A DNA stretch of 25,742 nucleotides from a virus (Duplodnaviria; Caudoviricetes), in the IMG/VR virus record IMGVR_UViG_3300048575_000447, positions 1 to 25,742 of that record. One strand, written 5' to 3'. Each line of letters begins with the position of its first letter. Positions within the stretch are counted from its first letter, which is position 1. A program made the translations under genes and the position numbers. The notes under the pieces were generated by a model that saw nothing but the letters and a program-made list of their open reading frames with translations, made no database searches and was not told the DNA's origin. Positions 8,740-17,782 of the stretch are shown here, piece after piece.

Positions 8740-9681
8740 ATGGCACGCGCGCGCGGCGCCAATGCCGTCATGGCAGCGGCGTTCGAGACCACTTACGGCA
8801 CCGCACCGGTCGCGGGTTACAAAAAGCTGCCTTTCGTGTCCTGCGCGCTTGGCGACGAGCAGAACCTGATCGCCAGCGATCTTCTAGGTTACGGCCGCGA
8901 GCCGTTGCCGCCGAGCCGCGACGTCGTCAACAACGAGGGCGACGCGGTCGTGCCGGTCGATCTTCGCAATTTCGGCTACTGGCTGAAGCTGCTGATGGGA
9001 GCGCCTACCTCGGTCGACAATAGTGGGGTCATCACCCACACCTTCGTCTCCGGCGCGCTCACGCTGCCCTCGATGGCGATCGAACTCGGCATGCCGGAGG
9101 TGCCGAGTTTCGGCATGAATGTCGGCGTGCGCGCCAACTCCATGAAGATCCAGCTGCAACGCTCGGGTCTCCTCAACGCCACCATGAGCTTGATCGCCCA
9201 GGGCGAAACCAAAAACACCACAACGGGCGCAGGCTCGCCGACGACCGCGGTAATCGAGCGGTTCTCGCAGTTCATGGGCGACATCAAGCGCGACGACGTC
9301 GCGCTCGGTCACATCGTCTCGGCCGAACTCATGTACTCGAACAATCTCGACAAGGTCGAGGTGATCCGGCCTGACGGCCGCATCGAGGATGCCGATCCGG
9401 CGATGGTCGCGGTGTCCGGCAACATCAATGTGCGTTTCGCCGACACGGTGCTGCTCGATCAGGCCACATCGGGCGACCCTTGTGAGCTCTCCTTCGGCTG
9501 GCAAATCGACGCCGACAACGCACTCCTCTTCACCGTGCACAGCGTATTCCTGCCGAAGGCCAAGACGCCGATCCAGGGGCCAGGCGGCATCCAGGCAGGG
9601 TTCGCCTGGCAGGCCGCCAAGGACCCGACCGTCGGCAAGACATGCACGGCCGAACTCATCAATGACGTGACGGGGTATTGA
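8740..9681 (+). CDS. Major tail tube protein
   Basis: 313 aa; MARARGA...FETTYG, GPGGIQAGFAWQAA, LINDV end; GGAG RBS. Confidence 0.88.
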   Translation: MARARGANAVMAAAFETTYGTAPVAGYKKLPFVSCALGDEQNLIASDLLGYGREPLPPSRDVVNNEGDAVVPVDLRNFGYWLKLLMGAPTSVDNSGVITHTFVSGALTLPSMAIELGMPEVPSFGMNVGVRANSMKIQLQRSGLLNATMSLIAQGETKNTTTGAGSPTTAVIERFSQFMGDIKRDDVALGHIVSAELMYSNNLDKVEVIRPDGRIEDADPAMVAVSGNINVRFADTVLLDQATSGDPCELSFGWQIDADNALLFTVHSVFLPKAKTPIQGPGGIQAGFAWQAAKDPTVGKTCTAELINDVTGY

Positions 9682-9684
9682 TCC

Positions 9685-10065
9685 ATGACCGACCAGACCG
9701 CGGCTGCAACGCTGCTCAAACTTGGTGTCGGGCGCGAGCCGTTCTGGCTCGACGTCGCGCGCGGCGTCCGGCTCCAGTTTCGCCCGATCAGCGTGGCGGC
9801 GATCCTTCTTGCCCGCAGTGTGGCGGCCGATGTGCTGCAAGCGGGCGGTGATGATGCGTCGATCAAGGCCGGCGTCGCCTTCACGCGATCGCTCTCGCAC
9901 ACCGGGATAGCGGCGTGGGAGGGCATCGGTGATGCCGACGGCAATGTCGTCGAGCCGTCGCCGGACAATATCGACGCACTGCTCGAGCACTGGCCCGTCT
10001 TCGACGCCATTGACCGGCTCTATGTCGGCCCAGCCCTCATTCGGGACACGGAAAAAAACGTCTGA
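9685..10065 (+). CDS. Tail assembly chaperone (gpG equivalent)
   Basis: Between tube and TMP; WEGIGDADG motif; ends in the slippery GAA AAA AAC GTC TGA. Confidence 0.85.
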   Translation: MTDQTAAATLLKLGVGREPFWLDVARGVRLQFRPISVAAILLARSVAADVLQAGGDDASIKAGVAFTRSLSHTGIAAWEGIGDADGNVVEPSPDNIDALLEHWPVFDAIDRLYVGPALIRDTEKNV

Positions 10066-10099
10066 TCGCCCTTGCCGAATGGCACTTCGGCGGGGGCGA
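10053..10099 (+). promoter_or_regulatory. Programmed -1 frameshift signal: A AAA AAC heptamer plus downstream hairpin
   Basis: Heptamer 10053-10059 in X XXY YYZ phase; 6-nt spacer; 14-bp stem 10066-10079/10086-10099 (two G-U pairs) with a 6-nt loop. Confidence 0.85.
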
Positions 10100-10367
10100 G
10101 GGTTATTGCGCGGCGTGTTCCGACACGTGCGCGACCTGCCCCTATCGGGAGCAGGCGCCGCAAACCGCGGAAGGACGCGCGGCCTGGGCGGTGCTGCGCC
10201 GGTCGGCTGGGCAGGTTCGTGCCGTCATGGGCGGCGTTTACGCGCTGGATTTCGGATCGGTCCTGCTGCTGGCCGATGCCATGGGCGCGCTCACGCCGCT
10301 CGTCGTCGAGCTCATCCCCGAGATCGAGCCCATCATCGTTCGCGGCTACCGCCGCGACAACGACTGA
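10059..10367 (+). CDS. gpT-equivalent -1 frame extension of the tail chaperone
   Basis: Not in the ORF track. Open -1 frame of 102 codons, RLIALAEWHFGGGEGYCAACSDTCATCPY...GYRRDND*, filling the gap to the TMP. Confidence 0.85.
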   Translation, partial: RLIALAEWHFGGGEGYCAACSDTCATCPYREQAPQTAEGRAAWAVLRRSAGQVRAVMGGVYALDFGSVLLLADAMGALTPLVVELIPEIEPIIVRGYRRDND

Positions 10368-10400
10368 CAGCAGCCGTCCGATAGCGAGCCTCCGCCAGCG

Positions 10401-13400
10401 ATGTCCACCACCAGCGTCTCGATCCGCCTCGGCGTCGAGGGTAAGGCGGACGTCAAGCGCGCCTTCGAGGAAGTCGGCAAGGCGGGCCAGGATGCGTTCC
10501 GTGGCGTCGCGACCGACATGGATGCGGCTGGCGCCGCCGCGGATCGCCAGGCGCAACGCCTGCAGCGGTTGGCTGAAGCGGCGCGCCAAGCCGGCGCGGC
10601 CGATCAGTCGCAGCGCAGTTTCAACGCCGTGCTCGGTGTCGGTACGGTACCGAAGTCCGCCCGCGAGTCGGCTTCGGTCTTCGAGGAGTCCGCCAAGGCG
10701 ACGGAAGATCTGGCGGCGCGCACGGCTGCGCTCCGGGCGCAGATCGATCCACTCGGCGCGGCACAAGGACGTCTCAACGCCGAGGTCGCCGAGGCAAACG
10801 GACTCTTCAAGGCCGGAGCGATCACGGCGACCGAGCAGGCCGCGGCTCACGCCCTGGCGCAGGCGCGGTTCGACGCGACCACCAAGGCGCTCGGCGGTGT
10901 CAGCGCCAGCGGAAAGCTGACCTCCAACCAACTCGTCAACCTGAGCTATCAGCTCAACGACGTGGTGGTCTCGCTTGCCGGCGGCCAGCGCCCCTTGATG
11001 GTGCTGATGCAGCAGGGTTCGCAGATCGCCCAGATCTTCGGACCCGGCGCTGGCGTGAGCGGCGTGCTGCGTGGTGTCTGGCAGGGGCTGACGTCGCTGG
11101 TCACGGCCACCACGGCCGTGATCGCCGGCATCGCCGGCGTCGGCGGCGCCGTCGCCTACGCCTATTATTCCTACGTGTCCTCGCAGAAGGAGCTGGAGGT
11201 CGCGCTTGGCGGCACCGGACGCGCGGCTGGCGCCACCGTCGGCCAGATCGAGCAGATCGCGGAGAAATCCGCCTCCGCCGGGAGCGTGTCGGTTGCCGCC
11301 GCCCGCGAGATGGAGGCAGCCTTCCTCCAGACCGGCAAGATCGGCGTCGCCAATTTTGAGGGCCTGATCAAGGTCGCGAAGAACTATGCGGCCACCGCGG
11401 GCGTCGACATCACGGCTGCCACCAAGGAGCTCGCGCAGGGATTCGCGGATCCGGTCAAGGGCGCCGACGCTCTCAATGCGAAGCTCAATTTCCTGGACGA
11501 CCGGACGCGTCTCTATATCCGGACGCTCTCAGACCAGAACGATCGCACCGGCGCGCAGCGAGTCATGCTCGATGCCCTCAAGGGCAGCCTGATCAATGCG
11601 GCGGACGCCGCGACCACGTTGGGCCGTGCCTGGGACTTCGTTGGCCGAATGGCGTCGAACGCCTTCGATGCGCTGGGCCGCGGCATGTCTCGGCTGTTCG
11701 ACGGCGCACCGATCGAGGAGCAGCTCAAGCAGCTGCAGGCCACGCGGGAACGCCTGCAGGCGCTCATTGAGAACCCGCCGACCCGCTTCGCCGCGCAGGC
11801 CCGCAACTTCAATACGCGGATGCTGGCGGACGTCGACGCGGAAATCGCCAAGATCGAGGCGAAGCTCGACGCCGTCCAGGCGCGCGCCAAGGAAGCCAAG
11901 GCCAACGAGCTCTCGGTTCGGGCCGGCAGCGTCGCCCGGGATCTGACGCCTGGCTTCGACGAGTTGCAGACCCTGAAGGCGCGCGAGGCGCAATTGCGCA
12001 CCGCGCTCGACGATCCGCTGGCGCGGCAGAAGGTGGCCGATCTCAAGCAGGTCGAGACTGCCTACGACGCGGTCACGCGCGCGATCCTGACCTGGCTCGA
12101 TCCGGCCGAGAAGGCGCGCCGCCTCGACGAACTGGAAATCCAGGCGCTTGCCGCCAAGACGCCGGCGCAGAAAGCCGCCATCGCCGAGGAACGCCGCCGG
12201 CTCGAACTCTCCGGCCAAGCCGTCCCGGCCGCGATCGCCGAGGCGGACGTTATTCGCGCGGGCACCAAGGCGCGCGCCGATGCCACGCAAGCGCTGATCG
12301 ATCAGTCGCGCGTGCTTGCGGTCAACGCGCAGGCGACGCTCGCGGTCGCCGACGCCTATCTCAAGAACGCAGCAGCCGCGCAGCAGGCAGAGGTCAGGCG
12401 CAAAGCGCTGACCGAGGCGGTGCAGAACGGCGTTGACGTCGAGAAACGCTCCCGCGAATTGCTCCTCGAGCAGGTCGCCGAACAGGCGGCGCAATCCGCG
12501 AAGTCGGTGAACGATCTCGGCTCCGAGGCCGCGGCCAGACGGCGCGTCAACGACGCCATGGCAGCGGGACGGCTTTCCTCCGAGCAGGCCAACCAGCAGA
12601 TGCAGGTCGAGCAGGCGCTGCGCCCGCTACTGGTCGCGCAGTCGCTCGCCGAGGGCGACGCCAAGGGAACGCTCGGTCGCGTCATCGACGCGCTGCGCGG
12701 AGCGTACTCGCGCCTGCATGGCGAGCAGGCCCGCGCCGCGGCGCTGCAAACCATCGAAGGGCAGAAGAACCAGCTCGAACTGCTGCAGAAGCAGATCGAT
12801 CTGGCAGGCACCAGCGAATCGCAGCGCGCGGTCATCATCGCGCAGCTGCAGGCTGAGCAGCAGTTGCGTCAGCGCGGCATCGATCTCGCCAGCGCCGAAG
12901 GCCAGGCCATCCTGGCCAATGCGGGCAGCATCGAACGGCTCAACCAGGAGCTCGCGCGCTCTCAGGGCGCCATGCAGTCGCTGCAAGGCATGACCGATAC
13001 CACGTTCAATCACTTCTCGACGCTGATCGCCGAAGGCAAGACCGACTGGAAGTCGTGGGCCGATGCCGGTCGCGCCGCGCTCGCCGACATCGAAAAGGAA
13101 ATACTCCGGCTCGCCGTGCTCAATCCGCTGAAGAACATGCTGTTCGGCACCAATCTCACGACGCTGAACAATGTCGGCGGTCTGTTCGGCAATCTGTTCC
13201 AGAGCTTCAAGTTTCACGATGGCGGCGTCGTTGGCGTCGGGGGCACTCCGCGCTTCGCTCCCGCGGCCCTGTTTCACAATGCCCCTCGGCTTCACGAAGG
13301 CGCGTTTCTCTCGCCGGATGAAGTGCCGGCGATCCTTCAGCGCGGCGAACGCGTGCTCAACCGCACCGAGGCCGCCGCCTATGGACGCGACAAGCAGCCG

Positions 13401-13520
13401 GCTCCGGTCATTCTGAACTTTGCGGTGCAGACGCCGGATGCAGCATCTTTCCGGCGCGCGCAGGGTCAGATCACTGCCGATATGGCATCGGCGCTGCGCC
13501 GCGCCGAGCGTAACCTGTGA
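10401..13520 (+). CDS. Tail tape measure protein
   Basis: 1039 aa, Ala/Gln-rich helical; lambda-type QLNDVVVSLAGGQRPLMVLMQQGSQI; C-terminal FHDGG...EVPAILQRGERVL. Confidence 0.95.
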   Translation: MSTTSVSIRLGVEGKADVKRAFEEVGKAGQDAFRGVATDMDAAGAAADRQAQRLQRLAEAARQAGAADQSQRSFNAVLGVGTVPKSARESASVFEESAKATEDLAARTAALRAQIDPLGAAQGRLNAEVAEANGLFKAGAITATEQAAAHALAQARFDATTKALGGVSASGKLTSNQLVNLSYQLNDVVVSLAGGQRPLMVLMQQGSQIAQIFGPGAGVSGVLRGVWQGLTSLVTATTAVIAGIAGVGGAVAYAYYSYVSSQKELEVALGGTGRAAGATVGQIEQIAEKSASAGSVSVAAAREMEAAFLQTGKIGVANFEGLIKVAKNYAATAGVDITAATKELAQGFADPVKGADALNAKLNFLDDRTRLYIRTLSDQNDRTGAQRVMLDALKGSLINAADAATTLGRAWDFVGRMASNAFDALGRGMSRLFDGAPIEEQLKQLQATRERLQALIENPPTRFAAQARNFNTRMLADVDAEIAKIEAKLDAVQARAKEAKANELSVRAGSVARDLTPGFDELQTLKAREAQLRTALDDPLARQKVADLKQVETAYDAVTRAILTWLDPAEKARRLDELEIQALAAKTPAQKAAIAEERRRLELSGQAVPAAIAEADVIRAGTKARADATQALIDQSRVLAVNAQATLAVADAYLKNAAAAQQAEVRRKALTEAVQNGVDVEKRSRELLLEQVAEQAAQSAKSVNDLGSEAAARRRVNDAMAAGRLSSEQANQQMQVEQALRPLLVAQSLAEGDAKGTLGRVIDALRGAYSRLHGEQARAAALQTIEGQKNQLELLQKQIDLAGTSESQRAVIIAQLQAEQQLRQRGIDLASAEGQAILANAGSIERLNQELARSQGAMQSLQGMTDTTFNHFSTLIAEGKTDWKSWADAGRAALADIEKEILRLAVLNPLKNMLFGTNLTTLNNVGGLFGNLFQSFKFHDGGVVGVGGTPRFAPAALFHNAPRLHEGAFLSPDEVPAILQRGERVLNRTEAAAYGRDKQPAPVILNFAVQTPDAASFRRAQGQITADMASALRRAERNL

Positions 13521-14104
13521 CCGGCTTTCACGACGTCCGCTTCCCTGACGCTATCGCCCGCGGGGCGATCGGCGGACCGGAATTTTCCACGGACGTGATC
13601 GCCGTCGCGTCCGGCTATGAGCAGCGCAACGTCAACTGGTCGGCGGCGCGCGCAAAATTCGATATCTCGACCGGCATTCGCACCCGCGACCAGATGGCCG
13701 AAGTGATCGCCTTCTTTCGTGCGCGGCGAGGACGCGCGTACGGTTTTCGCTTTCGCGATTGGAATGATTTTGAGGCGATAGGAGAGGCGCTCGCAGCGAC
13801 TGCGGATCCCTTGGTCTGGCAGTTGCGCAAGCAGTACGCGTCGGGGCCCTCGTCGGAGCAGCGGACCATCACGAAGCCGGAAGCCGGCACCGTTGTCGTG
13901 CGGGTCGATGGAGATCCGGCCGCGGTGACTGTCGACTATCTCACCGGGCTTGTGGCGTTCCTGACCGCGCCCGGTGCCCAGCCCTATGCAGATTTCGCGT
14001 TCGATGTTCCAGTGCGCTTCGACACCGATCACCTGCCGGTGACGGCGGTCGCCTATCACATCCAGCAGGTCTCCTCGATCCAACTGCTGGAGATCCGAGT
14101 TTAA
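13517..14104 (+). CDS. DUF2460 distal tail protein (RcGTA gp12-like)
   Basis: FHDVRFP, GGPEFST, EQRN, FFRARRGRAYGFRFRDW, FDVPVRFDTD. Confidence 0.92.
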   Translation: MTGFHDVRFPDAIARGAIGGPEFSTDVIAVASGYEQRNVNWSAARAKFDISTGIRTRDQMAEVIAFFRARRGRAYGFRFRDWNDFEAIGEALAATADPLVWQLRKQYASGPSSEQRTITKPEAGTVVVRVDGDPAAVTVDYLTGLVAFLTAPGAQPYADFAFDVPVRFDTDHLPVTAVAYHIQQVSSIQLLEIRV

Positions 14105-14114
14105 GACGTTCAAC

Positions 14115-15077
14115 TCATTCGGCGGCCACGCGAGAATGGCTGGGACAGGGGTGCACCTCGATCGTGATGTGGGACAGCCCAGGAACGCTGCTTAGCCGGG
14201 CCTTGTAGGCATTCGGCGGTTGTGGGTCGTCGGAAATGATGGAAGCGATTATCCCAGTATGGCCGGGTCCTAATCGCCACAGATGAAGATCGACCACCCG
14301 ATCGTGGCCTACCTCCAACCGCTCGCGTACGGTCCGCGCCAATCCCTGATTTGGAACGGTGTCAAGCAACACCGCACCTGCCGATCGGATCAAGCCGATG
14401 GACCACGAAGCGATGACGAGCGCGCCGACGACTCCCATCGCTGGATCCAACCAAACCCACCCAAAAAGTTGACCGCAAACCAACGCGACGATCGCAAAAA
14501 CAGACGTCAATGCGTCCGCGACAACATGAAGGTAAGCGGAGCGGAAATTCGTGTCATGACCATGGTCATGAACGGGATCGTGATCGTCCTCTGAGTCGTG
14601 TGCGTGGTGATGATGGTGGCTTGTATCGAAAAGGAGCCAAGCGCTTACCAAGTTGACGATCAGTCCCACCACGGCGACGTAGGTCGCTTCGTTGAAGCGA
14701 ATAGACACCGGCGCGAATAAACGAGCGACGGACTCGTATCCGATGAAAAGCGCCACAAGCGCCAAAATAATCGCGCTGGAAAATCCCGCTAGTTCACCGA
14801 GCTTGCCCGTTCCGAAAGTGAAGCGCGGATTGTGGGCATGACGACGCGCAAAGGCATAGGCCAGCCCGGTGATCGCCAGGGCGGTGACATGCGTCGACAT
14901 GTGCCACCCATCGGCAACGAGAGCCATCGAACCGAACATGGACCCGGCAACGATCTCCGCAACCATCATGCCGGCGGCCAGAGTGACCACCAACCATGTG
15001 CGCCTTTCATTACGCTCGTGCCGCTCACCCAAAAATCGGTGTTCGTGCTGCCATTCCGCAACCGAGTGACTATGCAT
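14115..15077 (-). CDS. dmeF: CDF-family Co(II)/Ni(II) efflux transporter, DmeF-like (cargo)
   Basis: About six TM helices; GSMALVADGWHMSTH (HxxxH), FTFGTGK, His-rich loop HHHHHAHDSEDDHDPVHDHGHD, AYLHVVAD (HxxxD), DLHLW, HITIEV. ATG 15077 preferred; GTG 15089 is the alternative. Confidence 0.9.
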   Translation of the reverse strand: MHSHSVAEWQHEHRFLGERHERNERRTWLVVTLAAGMMVAEIVAGSMFGSMALVADGWHMSTHVTALAITGLAYAFARRHAHNPRFTFGTGKLGELAGFSSAIILALVALFIGYESVARLFAPVSIRFNEATYVAVVGLIVNLVSAWLLFDTSHHHHHAHDSEDDHDPVHDHGHDTNFRSAYLHVVADALTSVFAIVALVCGQLFGWVWLDPAMGVVGALVIASWSIGLIRSAGAVLLDTVPNQGLARTVRERLEVGHDRVVDLHLWRLGPGHTGIIASIISDDPQPPNAYKARLSSVPGLSHITIEVHPCPSHSRVAAE

Positions 15078-15139
15078 CGCTATATCCACTTCTCGAGTCT
15101 GGAACCGCGAGCGCGGTCAGCTCACCCGGCTATATAACC

Positions 15140-15979
15140 ATGAAACCTGCTTCTGCAGGCCTCGCCGCTCACCTAAATGGCGAGGTCACAACCCTTGCGA
15201 CCTGCTGGCGGCTAGAACGTCAGGATGGCTGGATCCGTGGGTTTACCGATCACGACCAGCCGCTCCTGATCGATGGCCTGACGTACGTCGCGTCAACCGG
15301 GTTCCTGCCCAGCGCCATCAAGTCGGGCGCGGATCTCTCGGTGGACAACCTAGACGTCGATGGCTTTCTTGACGACGACGCCCTCAAGGCCGAAGACCTG
15401 ACTGCCGGCCGGTTCGACGGGGCTGAGATCGATATCTTCCTGGTGAACTGGGCTGACCTCGCCCAGGGCCGACTGCTGCTGCGACGGGGAACGCTCGGGG
15501 AGGTCAAGCGCGCCGACAACCGGTTCTCCGCCGAAATTCGCGGTGTGGCCAACCGCCTGCAGCAGGTGTCCGGCAAACTCTACTCGCGCCTTTGCCGCAC
15601 TGACCTTGGCAGCGCCGAATGTACAGTCGCGCTCGCCCCGCTCACCGATGAACTCGTTGTCTCGGGGGTAGCGTCCGGCGACACCTTCAGCGTGCCAACG
15701 GCAAGGCCGACAGGCTTCTACACTTTCGGCCTCTGTACCTTCCTGACTGGTGCGAACGCCGGCGCCGCAACCGAAGTGCTGCAGCATAACGGCGAAGCGG
15801 TCCAGCTGTTCACGGCGATGCCACGACCCATCGTGATCGGCGATCAGGTCCGGCTCGTCGCCGGTTGTGACAAGACGCCGGAGACTTGCCAGGTGCGGTT
15901 CGCAAACATTCTGAACTTCCGCGGCGAGCCTCACATTCCGGGCAACGACAAAGTCTTCTCTTATCCGATCAAGGGATGA
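15140..15979 (+). CDS. DUF2163 baseplate hub protein (RcGTA gp13-like)
   Basis: TTLATCWRLER.DG, GFTDHD, CRTDLGSAEC, GCDK...C, NFRGEPHIPG; conserved Cys typical of the Fe-S hub. ATG 15140 avoids overlap with dmeF. Confidence 0.92.
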   Translation: MKPASAGLAAHLNGEVTTLATCWRLERQDGWIRGFTDHDQPLLIDGLTYVASTGFLPSAIKSGADLSVDNLDVDGFLDDDALKAEDLTAGRFDGAEIDIFLVNWADLAQGRLLLRRGTLGEVKRADNRFSAEIRGVANRLQQVSGKLYSRLCRTDLGSAECTVALAPLTDELVVSGVASGDTFSVPTARPTGFYTFGLCTFLTGANAGAATEVLQHNGEAVQLFTAMPRPIVIGDQVRLVAGCDKTPETCQVRFANILNFRGEPHIPGNDKVFSYPIKG

Positions 15980-16413
15980 TGTTCACGCGCGAAGCGCTGA
16001 TTGCTGAGGCGCGGACGTGGCTTGGCACGCCGTGGCACCACCAGGCCGCGCTCAAAGGCGTCGGTTGTGACTGCATCGGCTTCGTGCGCGGCGCTGCCCT
16101 GCCGTTCGTCGGGCCGGTCGCGATCGAACTCGATTATCCGGAGACCTGGCATCTCTATCGCGCCGAGCCGCGCATGTATCTCGGTTTCAAGGAGAGGTGC
16201 GAGGAAATAGAACCCGATGACGTCCTAGCCGGCGACGTCCTCTTGTTCGGTGCCGGCAAAGGCCCGGCGCACCATTGCGCCTATGTGACGCCCGGCGGTG
16301 GTCTCATTCATTGCTATCGAGAAGCGCGCGCCGTCGTCGAGCAGGCGTTCTCGCCGTGGTGGCGCGCGAAACTCCGCCACGCGTTCCGAATGCCGGGGCT
16401 GGTTCATTCTTGA
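15976..16413 (+). CDS. NlpC/P60 family tail-associated peptidase (RcGTA gp14-like)
   Basis: ARTWLGTPWHHQ, GCDCIG (catalytic Cys), GDVLLF, HHC (His); ATGA overlap with the hub. Confidence 0.92.
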   Translation: MMFTREALIAEARTWLGTPWHHQAALKGVGCDCIGFVRGAALPFVGPVAIELDYPETWHLYRAEPRMYLGFKERCEEIEPDDVLAGDVLLFGAGKGPAHHCAYVTPGGGLIHCYREARAVVEQAFSPWWRAKLRHAFRMPGLVHS

Positions 16414-16418
16414 CCGGC

Positions 16419-16928
16419 TTACTTCGGCACGGGAGCGCCGCGTTGCCGGTAGGAGAGAAGATCGGGGGCGTTGGCCGGCGGAGGATTGCGTTCAAGGTCG
16501 GCAATCAGTGCCTTCATCTCGCCGATCTCGCGCACCTGGGCCTCGATGATCTTGTCGGCCAACTCGCGCACCCGAGGATCGCGGATGTGGGCGCGCTCAC
16601 TCGTCATGATCGCGATCGAGTGGTGCGGAATCATCGCCTTCATATAGCTGACGTCGAAGACCGTCTGCTGGCTGCGCACGAGCCATAAGGAGCCGGCGAA
16701 GATGATCACGCTTCCGGCAATGATCGCGGCATTGACACGCTTGTCCTTGTACATGGACCACATGAAGCCGAGCATGATGACCGCCATGACGGCGCCCATG
16801 AGCAGCGCCATCCATGTGCGCGTCTGGCTGTAGAACACGTGATCGAGAGCATAGGTATTGAGATACATGAGCCCGAACATGATCACGGTCGACACAGCGA
16901 TCATGGCGGCGAAGCGGATGTAGGACAT
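16419..16928 (-). CDS. DUF305-domain membrane protein (cargo)
   Basis: Three Met-rich N-terminal TM segments, then YMKAMIPHHSIAIMTS...IIEAQVREIGEM, the DUF305 HH motif. Confidence 0.88.
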   Translation of the reverse strand: MSYIRFAAMIAVSTVIMFGLMYLNTYALDHVFYSQTRTWMALLMGAVMAVIMLGFMWSMYKDKRVNAAIIAGSVIIFAGSLWLVRSQQTVFDVSYMKAMIPHHSIAIMTSERAHIRDPRVRELADKIIEAQVREIGEMKALIADLERNPPPANAPDLLSYRQRGAPVPK

Positions 16929-16940
16929 ATTCTCTTTCCC

Positions 16941-17693
16941 TTATTGAGCTACTTTCACGAGCATCCAGATCGCCATCGCGACCATCATCAGGTTCTCGGT
17001 AAGCGAGATGAAGCCGAGCGGCACATTGCTGTCGCCGCCGACGCACGCGCATTTGAGCTCGCGCTTATCGACGTAAACCGCCTTGAATACAGAAACCGCG
17101 CCGATGCTACCGATGGACAGCGCGACAGGAATTGAAAGCCACATCAGCGCGCCCGCGATCATCAGAACGCCCGCGAGCGCCTCGGCAAACGGATAGACGT
17201 AGGCGTAGCGCACGACCCGCTGTGCAAGCAGGTCATACCCAAGGAACATGTTGGAGAAGCTTTCGAGGTCGCGCAGTTTCAGGATGGCGAGGATGCACAT
17301 GCTGAACGCGATAAACCATTCGGCGGCGCGAACTGTGAGGAACGATCCGAAAGCTGCCCAGCTCGCGGCAAACGCCATCAAGGCTGCTATGCCGAACACC
17401 GCGATGACGGGCTGATAAGTGACAGCTTTAGGATCGCGAACGGACTTTCCGAAGTGTTTGCGCAGGTCGTCGTAACCCCCGACGCGCTGCCCCGCGATGA
17501 AGGTCTGCGGTGTCGTCTTGACGTGGTGCTCGGCCATGAATGCATCGGTTTCGGCACGCGTGCGAAGCAGATGATCGTCGACCGAATAGCCCTCGCGTTG
17601 GAGCAGATCGCGCGACTTCAAGCCGAAGGGGCAGATATGCTGGTCCGTGACCATTCTGTAGAGCTCTGCGTGCCTGCCGATTTTCGCTTCCAT
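16941..17693 (-). CDS. Glutaredoxin-MauE/DoxX fusion membrane protein (cargo)
   Basis: Grx motifs CPFG, TTPQTF, GGYDD; C-terminal TM bundle with YVYPFAE and LKCACVGG...SLTENLMM typical of MauE. Confidence 0.88.
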   Translation of the reverse strand: MEAKIGRHAELYRMVTDQHICPFGLKSRDLLQREGYSVDDHLLRTRAETDAFMAEHHVKTTPQTFIAGQRVGGYDDLRKHFGKSVRDPKAVTYQPVIAVFGIAALMAFAASWAAFGSFLTVRAAEWFIAFSMCILAILKLRDLESFSNMFLGYDLLAQRVVRYAYVYPFAEALAGVLMIAGALMWLSIPVALSIGSIGAVSVFKAVYVDKRELKCACVGGDSNVPLGFISLTENLMMVAMAIWMLVKVAQ

Positions 17694-17757
17694 GACCTCT
17701 GCCTCTGCATCGATGGACCCGGATTCAGAAGGTCAGGCCCAGATCCGTATATTGGTC

Positions 17758-17782
17758 AACGTCCGGCCAGGTCACAGGTTCA
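17758..17782 (-). promoter_or_regulatory. Candidate ECF-sigma promoter for grx-mauE/DUF305
   Basis: Minus strand TGAAC-N16-CGTT, about 65 nt upstream of the ATG; one mismatch to the EcfG consensus GGAAC-N16/17-CGTT. Confidence 0.35.

Noticed and set aside
9929-10920. ORF-track calls 9929-10384 and 10072-10920 as the gene between chaperone and TMP
   Set aside because: Low-complexity Arg-rich translations; the -1 frame 10059-10367 fits the slippery site and looks like a real protein.
912-13295. Long antisense and alternate-frame ORFs (e.g. 912-2018, 3233-4627, 8884-9990, 11529-12494)
   Set aside because: Shadows of high-GC coding genes; Arg/Pro-rich with no recognisable motifs.
14996-15139. 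N-terminal extension of the hub ORF from 14996
   Set aside because: Overlaps dmeF on the opposite strand; family-like sequence begins at MKPAS (15140).
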